A stretch of 63,808 nucleotides of DNA, counting the filler, from Octopus bimaculoides (Eukaryota), in assembly GCF_001194135.2 (NCBI RefSeq). It is 7 parts of 7 records of this genome, joined end to end, with 100 filler letters (N's around TTAATTAATTAA, not from the genome) between each part and the next. Parts side by side here need not be neighbours in the genome. Positions count along the whole stretch, not along the records: positions 1 to 6,398 come from NC_068984.1; positions 6,499 to 29,900 come from NC_069005.1; 5 more parts are not named here. The stretch is one strand, 5' to 3'. The notes under the pieces are model-generated. The model did no database searches. It saw only the letters and a program-made list of their open reading frames with translations, and had not been told where the DNA came from. Each line of letters opens with the position of its first letter. Positions within the stretch are counted from its first letter, which is position 1. The position numbers and the translations under genes were made by a program. Shown piece after piece: positions 1 through 11,630 of this stretch.

Positions 1-455
1 TATATATATATATATTGTTGTTATTTTGTAAAAGTGTCGTAAGACCGAAACGTTGCTTTTTCAGAAAACGAAAAAATAGTTTCACCATTCCATAGCAAAG
101 CCGTTGTACTACACTTTGACAATTTTTTATATCTTGGCATCGAAGCAGCTGGAGATATGATAGTTTGACCCAAATAAGCAGCTATTGCAAGCAAAAATAA
201 ATATTGAGAAAAAAACATATGGCCATATTTGGACATACGACAGATTAACATAATAGCAACGATATATATATATATGTGTGTATGGGGGTGTTATGTATTC
301 ATATTCTATTACATTCGATTGCATCTTGTGTTCTAGGATGCAATAGAATGTAACAGAATATGAATATATATAGATATATAGATAGATAGACATCTATACT
401 TACATATAAGACACAAGGTGTACGTACGCCGCTGTATATATATATATATATATAT

Positions 456-614
456 ATAATACAGAATGGGACAAGAACGTAAAACATCCAGACAGTTAGG
501 TGATACAAGAAAGGGACAAAACATCCAGATAGACGATACAAAGAAAACACGGACAGGTCATTCGGAGTTTTCTTTCTTCAGTCGAGATCCAGATTATCTT
601 TGCAATTTCGGCTG

Positions 615-616
<2 letters not shown>
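456..616. mobile_element. Truncated terminal fragment of the fold-back element family at 32389-33358
   Basis: Reverse complement of about 33200-33360 (ccagattatctttgcaatt, ggacaggtcattcgga, aacatccagacagttaggtgataca). Starts at (TA)n and is cut by (GATA)n. Confidence 0.8.

Positions 617-674
<58 letters not shown>
617..674. repeat. (GATA)n microsatellite, representative of many simple repeats in the window
   Basis: Directly visible tandem GATA. Confidence 0.98.
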
Positions 675-675
<1 letters not shown>

Positions 676-1680
676 TAGAACTCCTCTAATTTGAACACGC
701 GCTATGTTCAAGTTAGAGAATGCTATTCAAATTACGGGAAGAAAATGCATAAGGGTGTTAAAATATTCTTACATTTCTGGGTACTCCTGCTATTATTTAA
801 TGTATATATGAGGTGAGTATATTATTTATTTTAAAGAATCGCTAAATATTATTGTTAGGGAAAACATTTGAAAATTAATTAATATTAAATAATGTTAGTT
901 GTTAGGTATTTATTACATAAATTATCTGCATTTAACAGCCAATCACCTATGTAGAATACTTTTATTCATTTATTGAATGAGCTTCTTCACTTTCGCTTCT
1001 ATCTTCATTTGTCGAACTCACAGGGGCTACCATTGCATTCCTCAAGTGATCACGAAACTCCACTATCGCTGGTGCGGTAGTCTCTTTATGATCACATCCT
1101 TTCGAAGTGACACTGCTTGCAAAACATAGCTGTCGCGAAAGTAAAGATTTCTTTCTAGAAATTTTATAACTATCTCAATAGACTTTTCTGCATTATCCCA
1201 TGACATTTCAACATTAGAGTGGCCATTTACATTAGACTCGCTTGAATGGGAGCTGTCGCTGTCGCTAATTTCATAACCATTATTTTCTTCAGGACATTGT
1301 TCAGTGGTTCATTCATCTTGACGCACCCACATTTCAATTTCATTTGCATCAAGTGATTGAAGAACAGTGTGCTTGGTTGAAAATCCTGTAGTTTCAAGAA
1401 TATTTTGCACTCCAGATATATTCTCTGCTTCTTTCACTTCAGGAGCACTAGACCCTCACCTTTTTGTTAATGTGCCTGCTCGAAACTGATTCCATGCATT
1501 TGCGAGGGATAAATGGCATCTTTGATGGTAAAATTGCGCTAGAAATCGCCCATACTAACATTGCTATTTATCATATTCATCATGAAATAATTCCTATAGA
1601 AACATTTTAAGTTCCACATAATCCCTTGATGCATAGTTTGTATGAGAGATGTCACATTCGGTGGTAAGTAGCACGCAAAA
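676..1680 (-). mobile_element. pogo/Tigger DNA transposon 3' relic (DDE_1-type transposase C-terminus plus one TIR)
   Basis: Minus strand about 1620-1680 reads FACYLPPNVTSLIQTMHQGIMWNLKCFYR (pogo LPPNxTSxxQPxDQG motif), followed by an acidic tail. Tigger-style TIR tagaactcctctaatttgaac at 676, with its terminus lost in (GATA)n. Confidence 0.75.
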
Positions 1681-2581
1681 GCATATGACCCGGAAACATA
1701 TCACGGAGGACTCCGAGTGAACGTAGAGAGGTATGCAATGTGGCGCCATCTTGTTGGAACCATAGATCATCCGGATCATGATTGGCGAGTAACCTGACGA
1801 CATTTGGACGAAGAAACATTTCGAGCAGTTCACAATAACGGCCCGATGTAGCAGTTACTGTAACACCTTCCTCTTCGAAAAAATAAGGACCCCTCACGCT
1901 GAAATCACCCATGACACAGCAGACGGTAACTTTCGCACTGTAAAATTATCGTTTGTGGAGTTAACGAGGGTTGTTGTGTGACCAGTATCGAAAGTTTTGT
2001 TTATTGACCATCTGTAATAAATGGAAGTGCGCTTCATCACTGCAGATCAGAACAGCTGTTGGGAGGATGGTCTGGAGAATGTTTTCGACACAAAGCTGTG
2101 CGGGTTTCATAATCCTTCTCGCTTAACTCCTATACACACATTATCTTGTGGGAGTGCATATGGAGAGACCTATGCAAAATTCTGCGTGTTTTCGAGATGC
2201 GTGTTTTCGAGCAGAACCTCTAGGAGACTGCTGGATTGAAGCTGCCACAGCTACGACATTTTCTGGCCCTATAACGGTCCTAGGACAGCCAGGACTTTTC
2301 CTATTTAAAGCCGATGATGTTTGTCTAAAATTGGAAACCCACCGACGAATTGTTTTTCCATCCGATACGGGGTCATGATGACGAAGAGCAAAGTGTTCTT
2401 AACAAACTCTTCAACAACAAATGCACGATGCTTTCCACTGCAGGCTATGGTAGGTACTATCTGAAACAAGGAAAACATGCCATTTAATGAACTTCATTGA
2501 AATACAAAGTTTTTTATACATCTTCATGTGTTTGTTTTTTATTAACCTTTTAAATTGAGGCAACCTTTCTGCCGCACCCTG
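1681..2581 (-). mobile_element. Tc1/mariner (maT/rosa-like) transposon relic, 3'-truncated, frameshifted
   Basis: TA + CAGGGTGCGGCAGAAAGG TIR ending at 2581. Minus-strand motifs: HRAFVVEEF, TIRRWVSNF, SDEAHF (about 2024-2041), GPYFFE, WFQQDGA (1742-1762). Third catalytic Asp region is missing. Confidence 0.85.
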
Positions 2582-3125
2582 TATATATGTTCATATATAT
2601 GTGTATGCGTGTATATATATGTGTGTGCGCGCCTGTGTGTGCATGTATGTATATATTTTTGTATGGATATGTGTATGCTTCTGCGCAATATACGTATATA
2701 TGAATGCATNNNNNNNNNNNNNNNNNNNNNNNNNNNNNNNNNNNNNNNNNNNNNNNNNNNNNNNNNNNNNNNNNNNNNNNNNNNNNNNNNNNNNNNNNNN
2801 NNNNNNNNNNNNNNNNNNNNNNNNNNNNNNNNNNNNNNNNNNNNNNNNNNNNNNNNNNNNNNNNNNNNNNNNNNNNNNNNNNNNNNNNNNNNNNNNNNNN
2901 NNNNNNNNNNNNNNNNNNNNNNNNNNNNNNNNNNNNNNNNNNNNNNNNNNNNNNNNNNNNNNNNNNNNNNNNNNNNNNNNNNNNNNNNNNNNNNNNNNNN
3001 NNNNNNNNNNNNNNNNNNNNNNNNNNNNNNNNNNNNNNNNNNNNNNNNNNNNNNNNNNNNNNNNNNNNNNNNNNNNNNNNNNNNNNNNNNNNNNNNNNNN
3101 NNNNNNNNNNNNNNNNNNNNNNNNN

Positions 3126-3158
<33 letters not shown>

Positions 3159-3259
3159 GAGGGAGAGAGAGATTTATATGTGTGTGTTTGTATGTATATA
3201 AGTATATGTATAGATGAAGAGAAAGCTATATGATGAAAAAGTATGTACTTCGTAATCAT

Positions 3260-3676
3260 GTCGCTCCGTGGTCAGTCCCACTGGGCAGTATTTTGTTTGA
3301 GTGTCTTTAACTCTGGCCCCTGGCCAACCCATGCATTGTGAATTATTTTGATTGGCGAAATCTGGTTAACAACCTGATGAATGTGCGTGTGTGTGTGTGT
3401 GTAAATACACATGAGAACACACACGCAAACACGCACACACATGCACACACACAGAAGGTGAGAATGTCAGTGTGTGGTTGTGTACATTCACATATATGAG
3501 TGTGCTTGTGCAGTTTTGTGTTGGTATCCGTACTGCTTCACAACCGTTTTCGTGACTATGATATAGCAGTTCAGCAAAAAGAAACCGAAAGAATATAAGT
3601 AACAGGCTTTAAAAAATTAAACGCAGGAGTCGGTTTCTCCGTTTAAACCTTTCAAGACGATGCTTCAGCACCGCCG
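3260..3676 (+). mobile_element. Degenerate tRNA-derived SINE (family A) with internal (CA)/(TG) tract
   Basis: Partial similarity to the full SINE at 33857-34270 (cagtcccactg, cagttcagcaaaaagaaaccga, gatgcttcagca). Confidence 0.5.
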
Positions 3677-3729
3677 CTTTAATTTCATATTAATTTCATT
3701 AATTTCATATTAATTTCATTAATTTCATA

Positions 3730-3881
3730 TTAATTTCATCGTCTTTGGAATTATGAATATATTTACATCATAAGGGTTTTTTCATTGTAACGCTTTCTTT
3801 TTTAGTTGATTTTCACCTAGCAAGACTTATCGTAGATAGCGTAATAAGTCACACCCGGACAACGTCGGGTTATACTGCTAG
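3730..3881 (+). mobile_element. Helitron-like non-autonomous element, 3' end
   Basis: Hairpin CCC-G-GAC-AAC-GTC-GGG (3854-3869), then 8 nt, then CTAG|T (3878-3882). A second copy lies at 25194-25345 (-). Confidence 0.65.
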
Positions 3882-4517
3882 TAATAAAAGAATATGCACG
3901 AATATATATAAAGATAAATATGTATTCTGCATGCGTGTGCGCGCGTGTGCATGTGTGCGTGTATGTGTGTATATGTGTGTGTGTGTGTGTATGTGTTTAT
4001 AAACACATATATATTAGTCTGGATTCTACTCTTTTTCTATTTGTCTATTACCTCTAGAGATATATAAGGATAATCGTCCCGCTGATGATGTCTATTGTCA
4101 CATAAATCAGTGTCCACAACTGTCCACTTCTCTCCAGACTATAAATCTGTCCGTTTCCTTTATGTCAACTTCGAAGAATTTTTGTTACTTCGGATTATTC
4201 CTCCTCCTCATATGGAGCTGGTCTTTCTTTGGTAATTGTCAGACATCATCAAGAAGCGGCGATGACTTTAATACACTAAGAATTTGTTCTATATTATTTG
4301 ATATTACTGCAGTTGTCGGTGTTGTTCATATACAAACCACTGACTACCCAATGATGTTATCCTTAGTTCAGTATTGTTTTAAACACACACACACACATAC
4401 ACACACAAACATGCATACATATGTGTATATATATATGTGTGTGTATATACATATATATGTATACACACACACGAACACAAACACACACACATATATATAT
4501 ATATATGTTTATATGTG

Positions 4518-4722
4518 TGTGTCTTTGTCTCTGTGTTTGACCCCCACCATTGCTTGACAACCGATGATGGTGTGTTTACGTCTCCGTAACTTAAAAAAAG
4601 GGATCGACAGAATAAGTACTAGGCTTACAAAGAATAAGTCCTGAGGTCGATTTATTCGACTAAAAGGCGGTGCTCTAGCATGGCCACAGTCAAGTGACTG
4701 AAACAAGTAAAAGAGTAAAGAG
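4518..4722 (+). mobile_element. SINE family A, 3' half
   Basis: Matches the 3' half of 33857-34270 and ends in ggcggtgctctagcatggccacagtcaagtgactgaaacaagtaaaagag. Confidence 0.85.
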
Positions 4723-5007
4723 TATATGATATTTCAAGGATTGGTTAAGAGCAAATGATTTTCAGGTGTTATTACGCTATATCCATTACACAATACGCAC
4801 GTCGTTATCAATCATATCTATAGACATGACGTTTGATTGATCACCTGCAAGTTGTTGAAACAATTGTAAACCATATAATAAATGTAATGTCATAATTTCC
4901 ACTTGTCACTTATCTCACATACTTACATTTATAAATACACACACACACTCACACACATTCACACACACATACATTCATACACACACATACATACATACAT
5001 ACATACA

Positions 5008-5040
<33 letters not shown>

Positions 5041-5479
5041 CTATCTATCTATCTATCTAAGANNNNNNNNNNNNNNNNNNNNNNNNNNNNNNNNNNNNNN
5101 NNNNNNNNNNNNNNNNNNNNNNNNNNNNNNNNNNNNNNNNNNNNNNNNNNNNNNNNNNNNNNNNNNNNNNNNNNNNNNNNNNNNNNNNNNNNNNNNNNNN
5201 NNNNNNNNNNTATATATATATATATATATATATATTAATTTATGTATATATTAATATTATCTTGGTTGAAAAAACTTCGATAATGTAAATATGTTAATAG
5301 TTACCAGGGTAGCAAAAACCAAACAAAAACTGGGATATCATACCCGGTTAATGGGTAGAAATTCCATGTTAAAGTGATATATTTTGAGTAGATATGAAGA
5401 ATAATAATAAATGGAGGATTATACGCGTTTTGCTCCATTTATTATTACTCTTCATATATATATATATATATATAATTAT

Positions 5480-6030
5480 ATTGGCCTATAATTTTGTGGA
5501 TGTATGGTGTCTTTGTTTTGGGGAAATTAGGGTGGTTTGTCCTTCCAGCATCCATTTTGGTGTTGATTCGGACTTGTTTATTCATAAATTGAATGCTGGC
5601 GCTATGTGAGTATGGGTGCTGGTTAAGCGTTTCAGACAGATGTTGGGGTCCTTGACTATACCTAGAGTTTTCTAATTACTGTTAATCGTCAGTGTCCGTG
5701 ATTTCTTAGTTTGTAATAACAAGCCATATCTAGGTGCTATCTTGTTCTTCCTTTCTTTTCCCCTATCTATCTACTGAACATTTTTGTCATGTTATTCTTG
5801 TTTGATCCATATTCCTTCCCCGTATGACTGAATCTCTGCTGTTGTCGGTATGTCATCCGTTTATATGGATTTTTGTTTTGTTAAACTTTCGGTGAAATCT
5901 TTTCGTGTTTATTTTAAATATTCTATTTTCTTCGAAGAAGCAATCCCGTTTTTGGTACCGTTATAAATGGCAAGTTTTTGCTGCTATGCCTTGCATAATT
6001 TTTTTCTTTTACTTCCATGATATCTTCTTT
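5480..6030 (-). mobile_element. R4/Dong-like LINE, decayed RT N-terminal fragment
   Basis: Minus strand reads LKRLTSTHTHIAPAFNL*INKSESTPKWMLEGQTTLI, then after a frameshift QNKDTIHPQNYRPI (RT domains 0-1 of RLE LINEs). Confidence 0.6.
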
Positions 6031-6191
6031 ATCCTATATTGTTTAGCTATATAGGTCTTCTTTTTTATTTTCCATGTTTGATCTCTCTTTCTCTAATTCA
6101 CAGAGTAAGGACAAGTCTCTCTCTTTTTTTAATATTATATTTATTATGCCCTGTTTTCTTTTTACTATTATTATTATTAGTAGTAGTATTA

Positions 6192-6318
6192 TTCAGTAGT
6201 TTTATTTTTATAACGTGCTTTCACTTCACTACCGAGCGCAGCTCTGTGCGCCTTGGGTATGTGCTGTGGTTTGCTGTGATGCTCTTATGGTTACTGTATT
6301 GAAAGTGTTTTGCGTAGG

Positions 6319-6319
<1 letters not shown>
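6192..6319 (-). mobile_element. R4/Dong LINE extreme 3' end inserted in (TAA)n
   Basis: Encodes the last codons LRKTLSIQ* plus 3' UTR. Near-identical to 60883-61008. Flanked by (TTA)n on both sides. Confidence 0.8.
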
Positions 6320-6398
<79 letters not shown>

Positions 6399-6442
6399 NN
6401 NNNNNNNNNNNNNNNNNNNNNNNNNNNNNNNNNNNNNNNNNN

Positions 6443-6454
6443 TTAATTAATTAA
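6443..6454. other. Assembly gap spacer TTAATTAATTAA (also at 29945, 34416, 40919, 53149, 60761)
   Basis: The identical 12-mer always sits in the middle of an N run (44 N + 12 + 44 N = 100 bp where counted). Artificial. Confidence 0.95.
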
Positions 6455-6498
6455 NNNNNNNNNNNNNNNNNNNNNNNNNNNNNNNNNNNNNNNNNNNN

Positions 6499-7862
6499 AA
6501 CTAATTGCATTCCTTGAAGAAAATAATTTGCAGAATGATACCCAGCATGGCTTTCGACTAGGTAGGAGCTGCCTGACCCAGCTCTTACAACATTATGATT
6601 GGGTGTTGAGACAGTTACTCAACAACTCGAACGTGGATGTAATATACCTTGATTTTGCAAAAGCTTTTGACAAAGTGGATCATGGTATGATATGCCACAA
6701 ACTGCGTGATCTTGGCATAGCTGGAAAACTTAGAGAGTGGTTACATGACTTTCTGAAAGATAGAAGTCAGGCAGTAGTGGCTAATGGAGCCACCTCTAAG
6801 AAAACACAAATAGTGAGCGGTGTTCCACAGGGCACTGTCTTGGGACCACTGCTTTTCATAGTGGCCCTCTCAGATATGCCCTCAACTGTCCGGATAGCCA
6901 CCCTTGCTAGCTATGCAGACGATATGAAAGTCTCGCAGAAAATACAGAACCCCAGCGATGTTGCACATCTGCAGCAAGAGTTGGACTCTATTTACAGATA
7001 GGCTGAGGATAATAATATGCAGTTTAATGCTGAAAAATTCCAAGCCCTGTGCTACCAGTTTCCAAAACTGAGTATGAAACTTACAAGGTACATTGGTCCA
7101 CAGGGAATTACAATCCCAGAGCCTAAATCAGTGAGGGACTTGGGTATCAACATGAGTGATGATACCTCTTTCCAAGTGCACATCACCAGGATGGCGACAA
7201 AGTGCAGACGACTGGCTGGCTGGATCCTGAAAACATTCAGAACCAGAGATAAAGAAACCATGATGGTCCTCTGGAGGACATTCGTCCTCAGCCACCTGGA
7301 TTACTGCTCCCAACTATGGTCACCCAACAGTGTAAAACTAACAGCGGACCTTGAAGCAATCCAGTGAAGCTTCACAAAGAAGATCATCTCTTTGCAACAG
7401 CTCAACTACTGGGAAAGGCTGAAACAGCTAAGACTCTACTCCCTGGTGCAAAGGCGGGAGAGGTATCCAGTAATATACATTTGGAAGATCCTGGGAGGAA
7501 TTGTGCCAAATTTTGGCATTGAAAGCTACACCAATGCCAGAATGGGTCGACACTGCACAGTGCCAAAGATCCCAGCAAGCCATCGCGCTTCAGGACCAGT
7601 TACTGCAACAGCTTTTTAATATTCTCCCAAACAGCCTGAGGAATCTACACAAAGTAGATGTAGGCGTTTTTAAATCAAGGCTGGACCTCTTCCTGTTGAG
7701 AGTCTCAGATGAACCTACCTCACAGCAAGAGGTGCAAATGAGGGTAGCTACATCAAATTCCATTCTACACCAAGTGCCACATATTATAGGAGGATCTCAA
7801 TAATAACAGTGTAGCAAAACGGCGGTGCTCCAGCATGGCCACAGCTATGAGCAGAAACTATA
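6499..7862 (+). mobile_element. CR1/L2-group LINE, 3' part (RT pseudogene plus 3' UTR)
   Basis: QHGFR, YLDFAKAFDKV, GVPQGTVLGP, YADD, VRDLG, LDYCSQLW motifs. In-frame stops at 6999-7001 and 7365-7367, plus a deletion/frameshift near 7610. 5' end is hidden in a gap. Confidence 0.92.
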
Positions 7863-7888
7863 AAAAAATATATATAGAGAGAGAGAGA

Positions 7889-10023
7889 GTCAGTTTAGAT
7901 GAGATGCAGTTTGGGTTCATGCCAGGAAAAAGCACCACTGATGCTATATTTCTGGTAAGACAGCCGAAGGAGAAATACCCAGCCAAAGATAAACCTCTGT
8001 ACCTGGCTTTCATTGACATGGAGAAAGCCTTTGACAGGGTCTTCCAATCCCTTATCTGGTGGTCAATGAGGAAACTAGGGATAGATGAATGGTTAGTGAG
8101 AGCTGTGCAAGCCATGTACAGGAATGCTGTCAGTAAGGTGAGGGTTGGCAACAAGTACAGTGAAGAATTCCAGGTAGAGTAGGGGTCCACCAAGGTTCAG
8201 TCCTCAGCCCCTTCCTATTTATCATAGTCCTCCAGGCAATAACACAGGAATTCAAGATAGGATGCCCCTGGGAGCTCCTCTATGNNNNNNNNNNNNNNNN
8301 NNNNNNNNNNNNNNNNNNNNNNNNNNNNNNNNNNNNNNNNNNNNNNNNNNNNNNNNNNNNNNNNNNNNNNNNNNNNNNNNNNNNNNNNNNNNNNNNNNNN
8401 NNNNNNNNNNNNNNNNNNNNNNNNNNNNNNNNNNNNNNNNNNNNNNNNNNNNNNNNNNNNNNNNNNNNNNNNNNNNNNNNNNNNNNNNNNNNNNNNNNNN
8501 NNNNNNNNNNNNNNNNNNNNNNNNNNNNNNNNNNNNNNNNNNNNNNNNNNNNNNNNNNNNNNNNNNNNNNNNNNNNNNNNNNNNNNNNNNNNNNNNNNNN
8601 NNNNNNNNNNNNNNNNNNNNNNNNNNNNNNNNNNNNNNNNNNNNNNNNNNNNNNNNNNNNNNNNNNNNNNNNNNNNNNNNNNNNNNNNNNNNNNNNNNNN
8701 NNNNNNNNNNNNNNNNNNNNNNNNNNNNNNNNNNNNNNNNNNNNNNNNNNNNNNNNNNNNNNNNNNNNNNNNNNNNNNNNNNNNNNNNNNNNNNNNNNNN
8801 NNNNNNNNNNNNNNNNNNNNNNNNNNNNNNNNNNNNNNNNNNNNNNNNNNNNNNNNNNNNNNNNNNNNNNNNNNNNNNNNNNNNNNNNNNNNNNNNNNNN
8901 NNNNNNNNNNNNNNNNNNNNNNNNNNNNNNNNNNNNNNNNNNNNNNNNNNNNNNNNNNNNNNNNNNNNNNNNNNNNNNNNNNNNNNNNNNNNNNNNNNNN
9001 NNNNNNNNNNNNNNNNNCTGAGGACATGTGTAAGCTCACAAGGAATGAAGCCAGTATTCTCCGATGGATGTGTAATGTCAGTGTGCATACTCGATAGAGT
9101 GTAAGTACCTTGAGAGAAAAGTTGAACCTAAGAAGCATCAGTTGTGGTGTGCAAGAGAGACGATTGCACTGGTATGGTCATGTGGTGAGAATGGATGAGG
9201 ATAGCTGTGTGAAAAAGTGCCACACCCTAGCGGTAGAGGGACCCTGTGGAAGAGGTAGACCCAGGAAGACCTGGGATGAGGTGGTGAAGCATGACCTTCG
9301 AACATTAGGCCTCACCGAGGCAATGACTTGTGACCAAGACCTTTGGAAATATACTGTGCGTGAGAAGACCTGGCAAGTCAAACGAGACCGTAATCCGAGG
9401 CCTCTGTCAGGGGTGTAGCCAGACCACTTATGTGTATCTTTCCTTCATTGGACACTAAACTCCGCTTGCAAAGACCTGTTGAGGCAAGTGAAATCGAAAT
9501 CGAACCAAATTTGACAACTGGCACCCATGCCAACCTCTCTTTCATTGGACACTAAACTCAGCTTGCGAANNNNNNNNNNATCGAAATCGAACCAAATTTG
9601 ACAACTGGCACCCATGCCAACCTCTCTTTCATTGGACACTAAACTCAGCTTGCGAAGACCTGTTGGGGCAAGTGAAAGTGAAATCATGATGGCACCTGTA
9701 CCAGTGGAGCTCTAAGAGCACTGTCCAAGCGTGATCGTTGCCAGAGCAGCTGTCTGGCTTCTNNNNNNNNNNTGCATGTGGCATGTAAAATACACCATTT
9801 TGAGCGTAGCCATTGCCAGTACCGCCTGACTGGTATTCATGCCGGTGGCACGTAAAAGCACCCACTACACTCTCGGAGTGGTTGGCGCTAGGAAGGGTAT
9901 CCAGCTGTAGAAACTCTGCCAAATCAGATTGGAGCCTGGTGTAGCCATCTGGTTCGCCAGTCCTCAGTCAAATCGTCCAACCCATGCTAGCATGGAAGGC
10001 GGATGTTAAACGATGATGATGAT
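7889..10023 (+). mobile_element. RTE-clade LINE, 5'-truncated, spanning an N gap, ending in a (GAT)n tail
   Basis: QFGFMPGKSTTDAIF, FIDMEKAFDRV, GVHQGSVLSP; C-terminal RRLHWYGHV and GRGRPRKTW; about 90-bp duplication in the 3' UTR; gatgatgat tail. Confidence 0.9.
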
Positions 10024-10304
10024 ACGTATATATATATATAATTACATATATAAAAATATAAACAAAGTAACATTTGATTTTTTTTATAAGCATCAAAATG
10101 TGTATTGTAGGATACAAATAACATGATAATTTATTTTCAAACACAGAAACACCATTAGAATCATAGAAATATTGCATAAATTACACTTTTCTGCCTTGTA
10201 ACTATAATTTACCCAATATTTTGGCTGTTCTAACGGTGTTTCTGCATTCAGAAATAAATTATCATCTTATTTGTATCATACATAATACACACACACAACA
10301 GACT

Positions 10305-10440
10305 TATTTCAATTTCCATTAACCAAGTCTATTCACAAGGCTTTGGTCAGCCCAAAGTAGGAGACACTTGCCCAAAGTGCCAGGCAGTGGGACTCAACTT
10401 GGAATGATGTGATTGGGAAGCAAATTTCTTATTACACAGC
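10305..10440 (-). mobile_element. SINE family A, 5' head/CORE-like part
   Basis: Reverse complement resembles 33857-34010 (gagtcccactg, gggcaagtgtctcc, ccaaagccttgtgaatag). Confidence 0.65.
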
Positions 10441-10442
10441 CT

Positions 10443-10570
10443 TGTTAACCATATGGTTTCAGGTTCAGTCCTACTGCACTGCACCTTAGCCATGTGTCTT
10501 CTGCTACAGTCCTGGACTGACCAAAGGTTTGTGAGTGAATGTGGAAACTGAAAAGAAACACCATGTGTGT
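10443..10570 (+). mobile_element. SINE family A, 5' part, head-to-head with the previous copy
   Basis: ggttcagtcc B-box-like motif, caccttagccatgtgtcttctgctac, ccaaaggtttgtgagtg, ggaaactgaa. Confidence 0.65.
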
Positions 10571-11312
10571 GCATGTGTGTGTGTGTTTACATCTGCACTC
10601 ACTTATTCAAAAGTCACGACATTCAAGTAGCATTGTTGTTGGTACTTTTCATGCCAATAACTTGTCTGCTCACTTCATGCGTTCAAAGCCATGTGAAATG
10701 AGAGATTTCTGACTTGTAAAGTAGGTAAGAGTTAGCACTGTAAAACAATGCCCCTAATAACAACTTGTTTAAGTCATGCTATTATAGGAAAACGAATGTT
10801 AAGTGAATGAAACACAAACATGCATGCACACCATTGGCTACAAAACCAAACTGGTTCTTTTGCACATAAATGTTCTGCCTGATATTTGATCTACTCAAGT
10901 TCCCAAACACCCTCTCACTAAATTGCACTGAACCAGCGGAAACATTGGAAACCTATAACTAATAATGCTATTATTCATCAAATGCAATATGAAATAAACA
11001 AACAAGTTTATGATGGGATGTAGAAAGAGGTCCCTGGCAAGCTGGCTTGCTTGCTGCCTTGCTTGCTGACTTGTAGCATCACACATCATGTAAGCAAAAA
11101 AGAGAAAGTGTGAGAAAGAGGGAGAGAGAGAATCTCTCTCTGCAACACTTCTCTGTTATTGTCTGCAGGCCTCTTGTATAAAGTATGTCAGCTGATGAAA
11201 AGTACATCAGTACATATGTAAACAGGCAATGACCCATTGAGCAAATATTTTGTGTGTGTATGTATTCAGTGACACACCTATTATGGCATGATTCCTCACC
11301 ACCAGCAAGTCA

Positions 11313-11630
11313 GCCATTCTACCATTCCTTGACACCAATCAGCTAATTATTCTTCCATTCCTTGCTACCAACAAATCAATCATTCTGCCATTCCTCATTA
11401 CCCAACCATTTTTCCATTCTTCAACACCAATAAACCAACTATTCCTTCACTCTTTTGGCACTAGCAAACCAACCATTCCACTATTCCTTGGTACCTATAA
11501 ACCAAATATTCTGCCATTCCATGGTACCATTAAACCAACCATTCCATGGTACCATTAAACCAACCATTCCCTTGTTCCTCGAATATTCTACCATTCCATA
11601 GTGCCAGTAAACCAACAATTCCTTAACCAT
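11313..11630. repeat. Degenerate minisatellite, about 23-35 bp units (aaccaaccattcc...ccattccttggtacc)
   Basis: Recurrent aaacca/ccattcc motifs at near-regular spacing. Confidence 0.75.

Noticed and set aside
25-58. GTC-GTAA-GAC-C-GAAACGTT as a hammerhead
   Set aside because: Stem II and GAAAC are present, but there is no recognisable core or stem I; too decayed to call.
6443-6454. Recurrent TTAATTAATTAA (six times) as a biological motif
   Set aside because: Always centred in 100-bp N gaps; an artificial scaffolding spacer.
9493-9660. Exact about 77-bp tandem duplication around the 10-N gap (likewise about 40 bp around 46420-46429)
   Set aside because: Identical sequence on both sides of a short gap indicates unmerged contig overlap.
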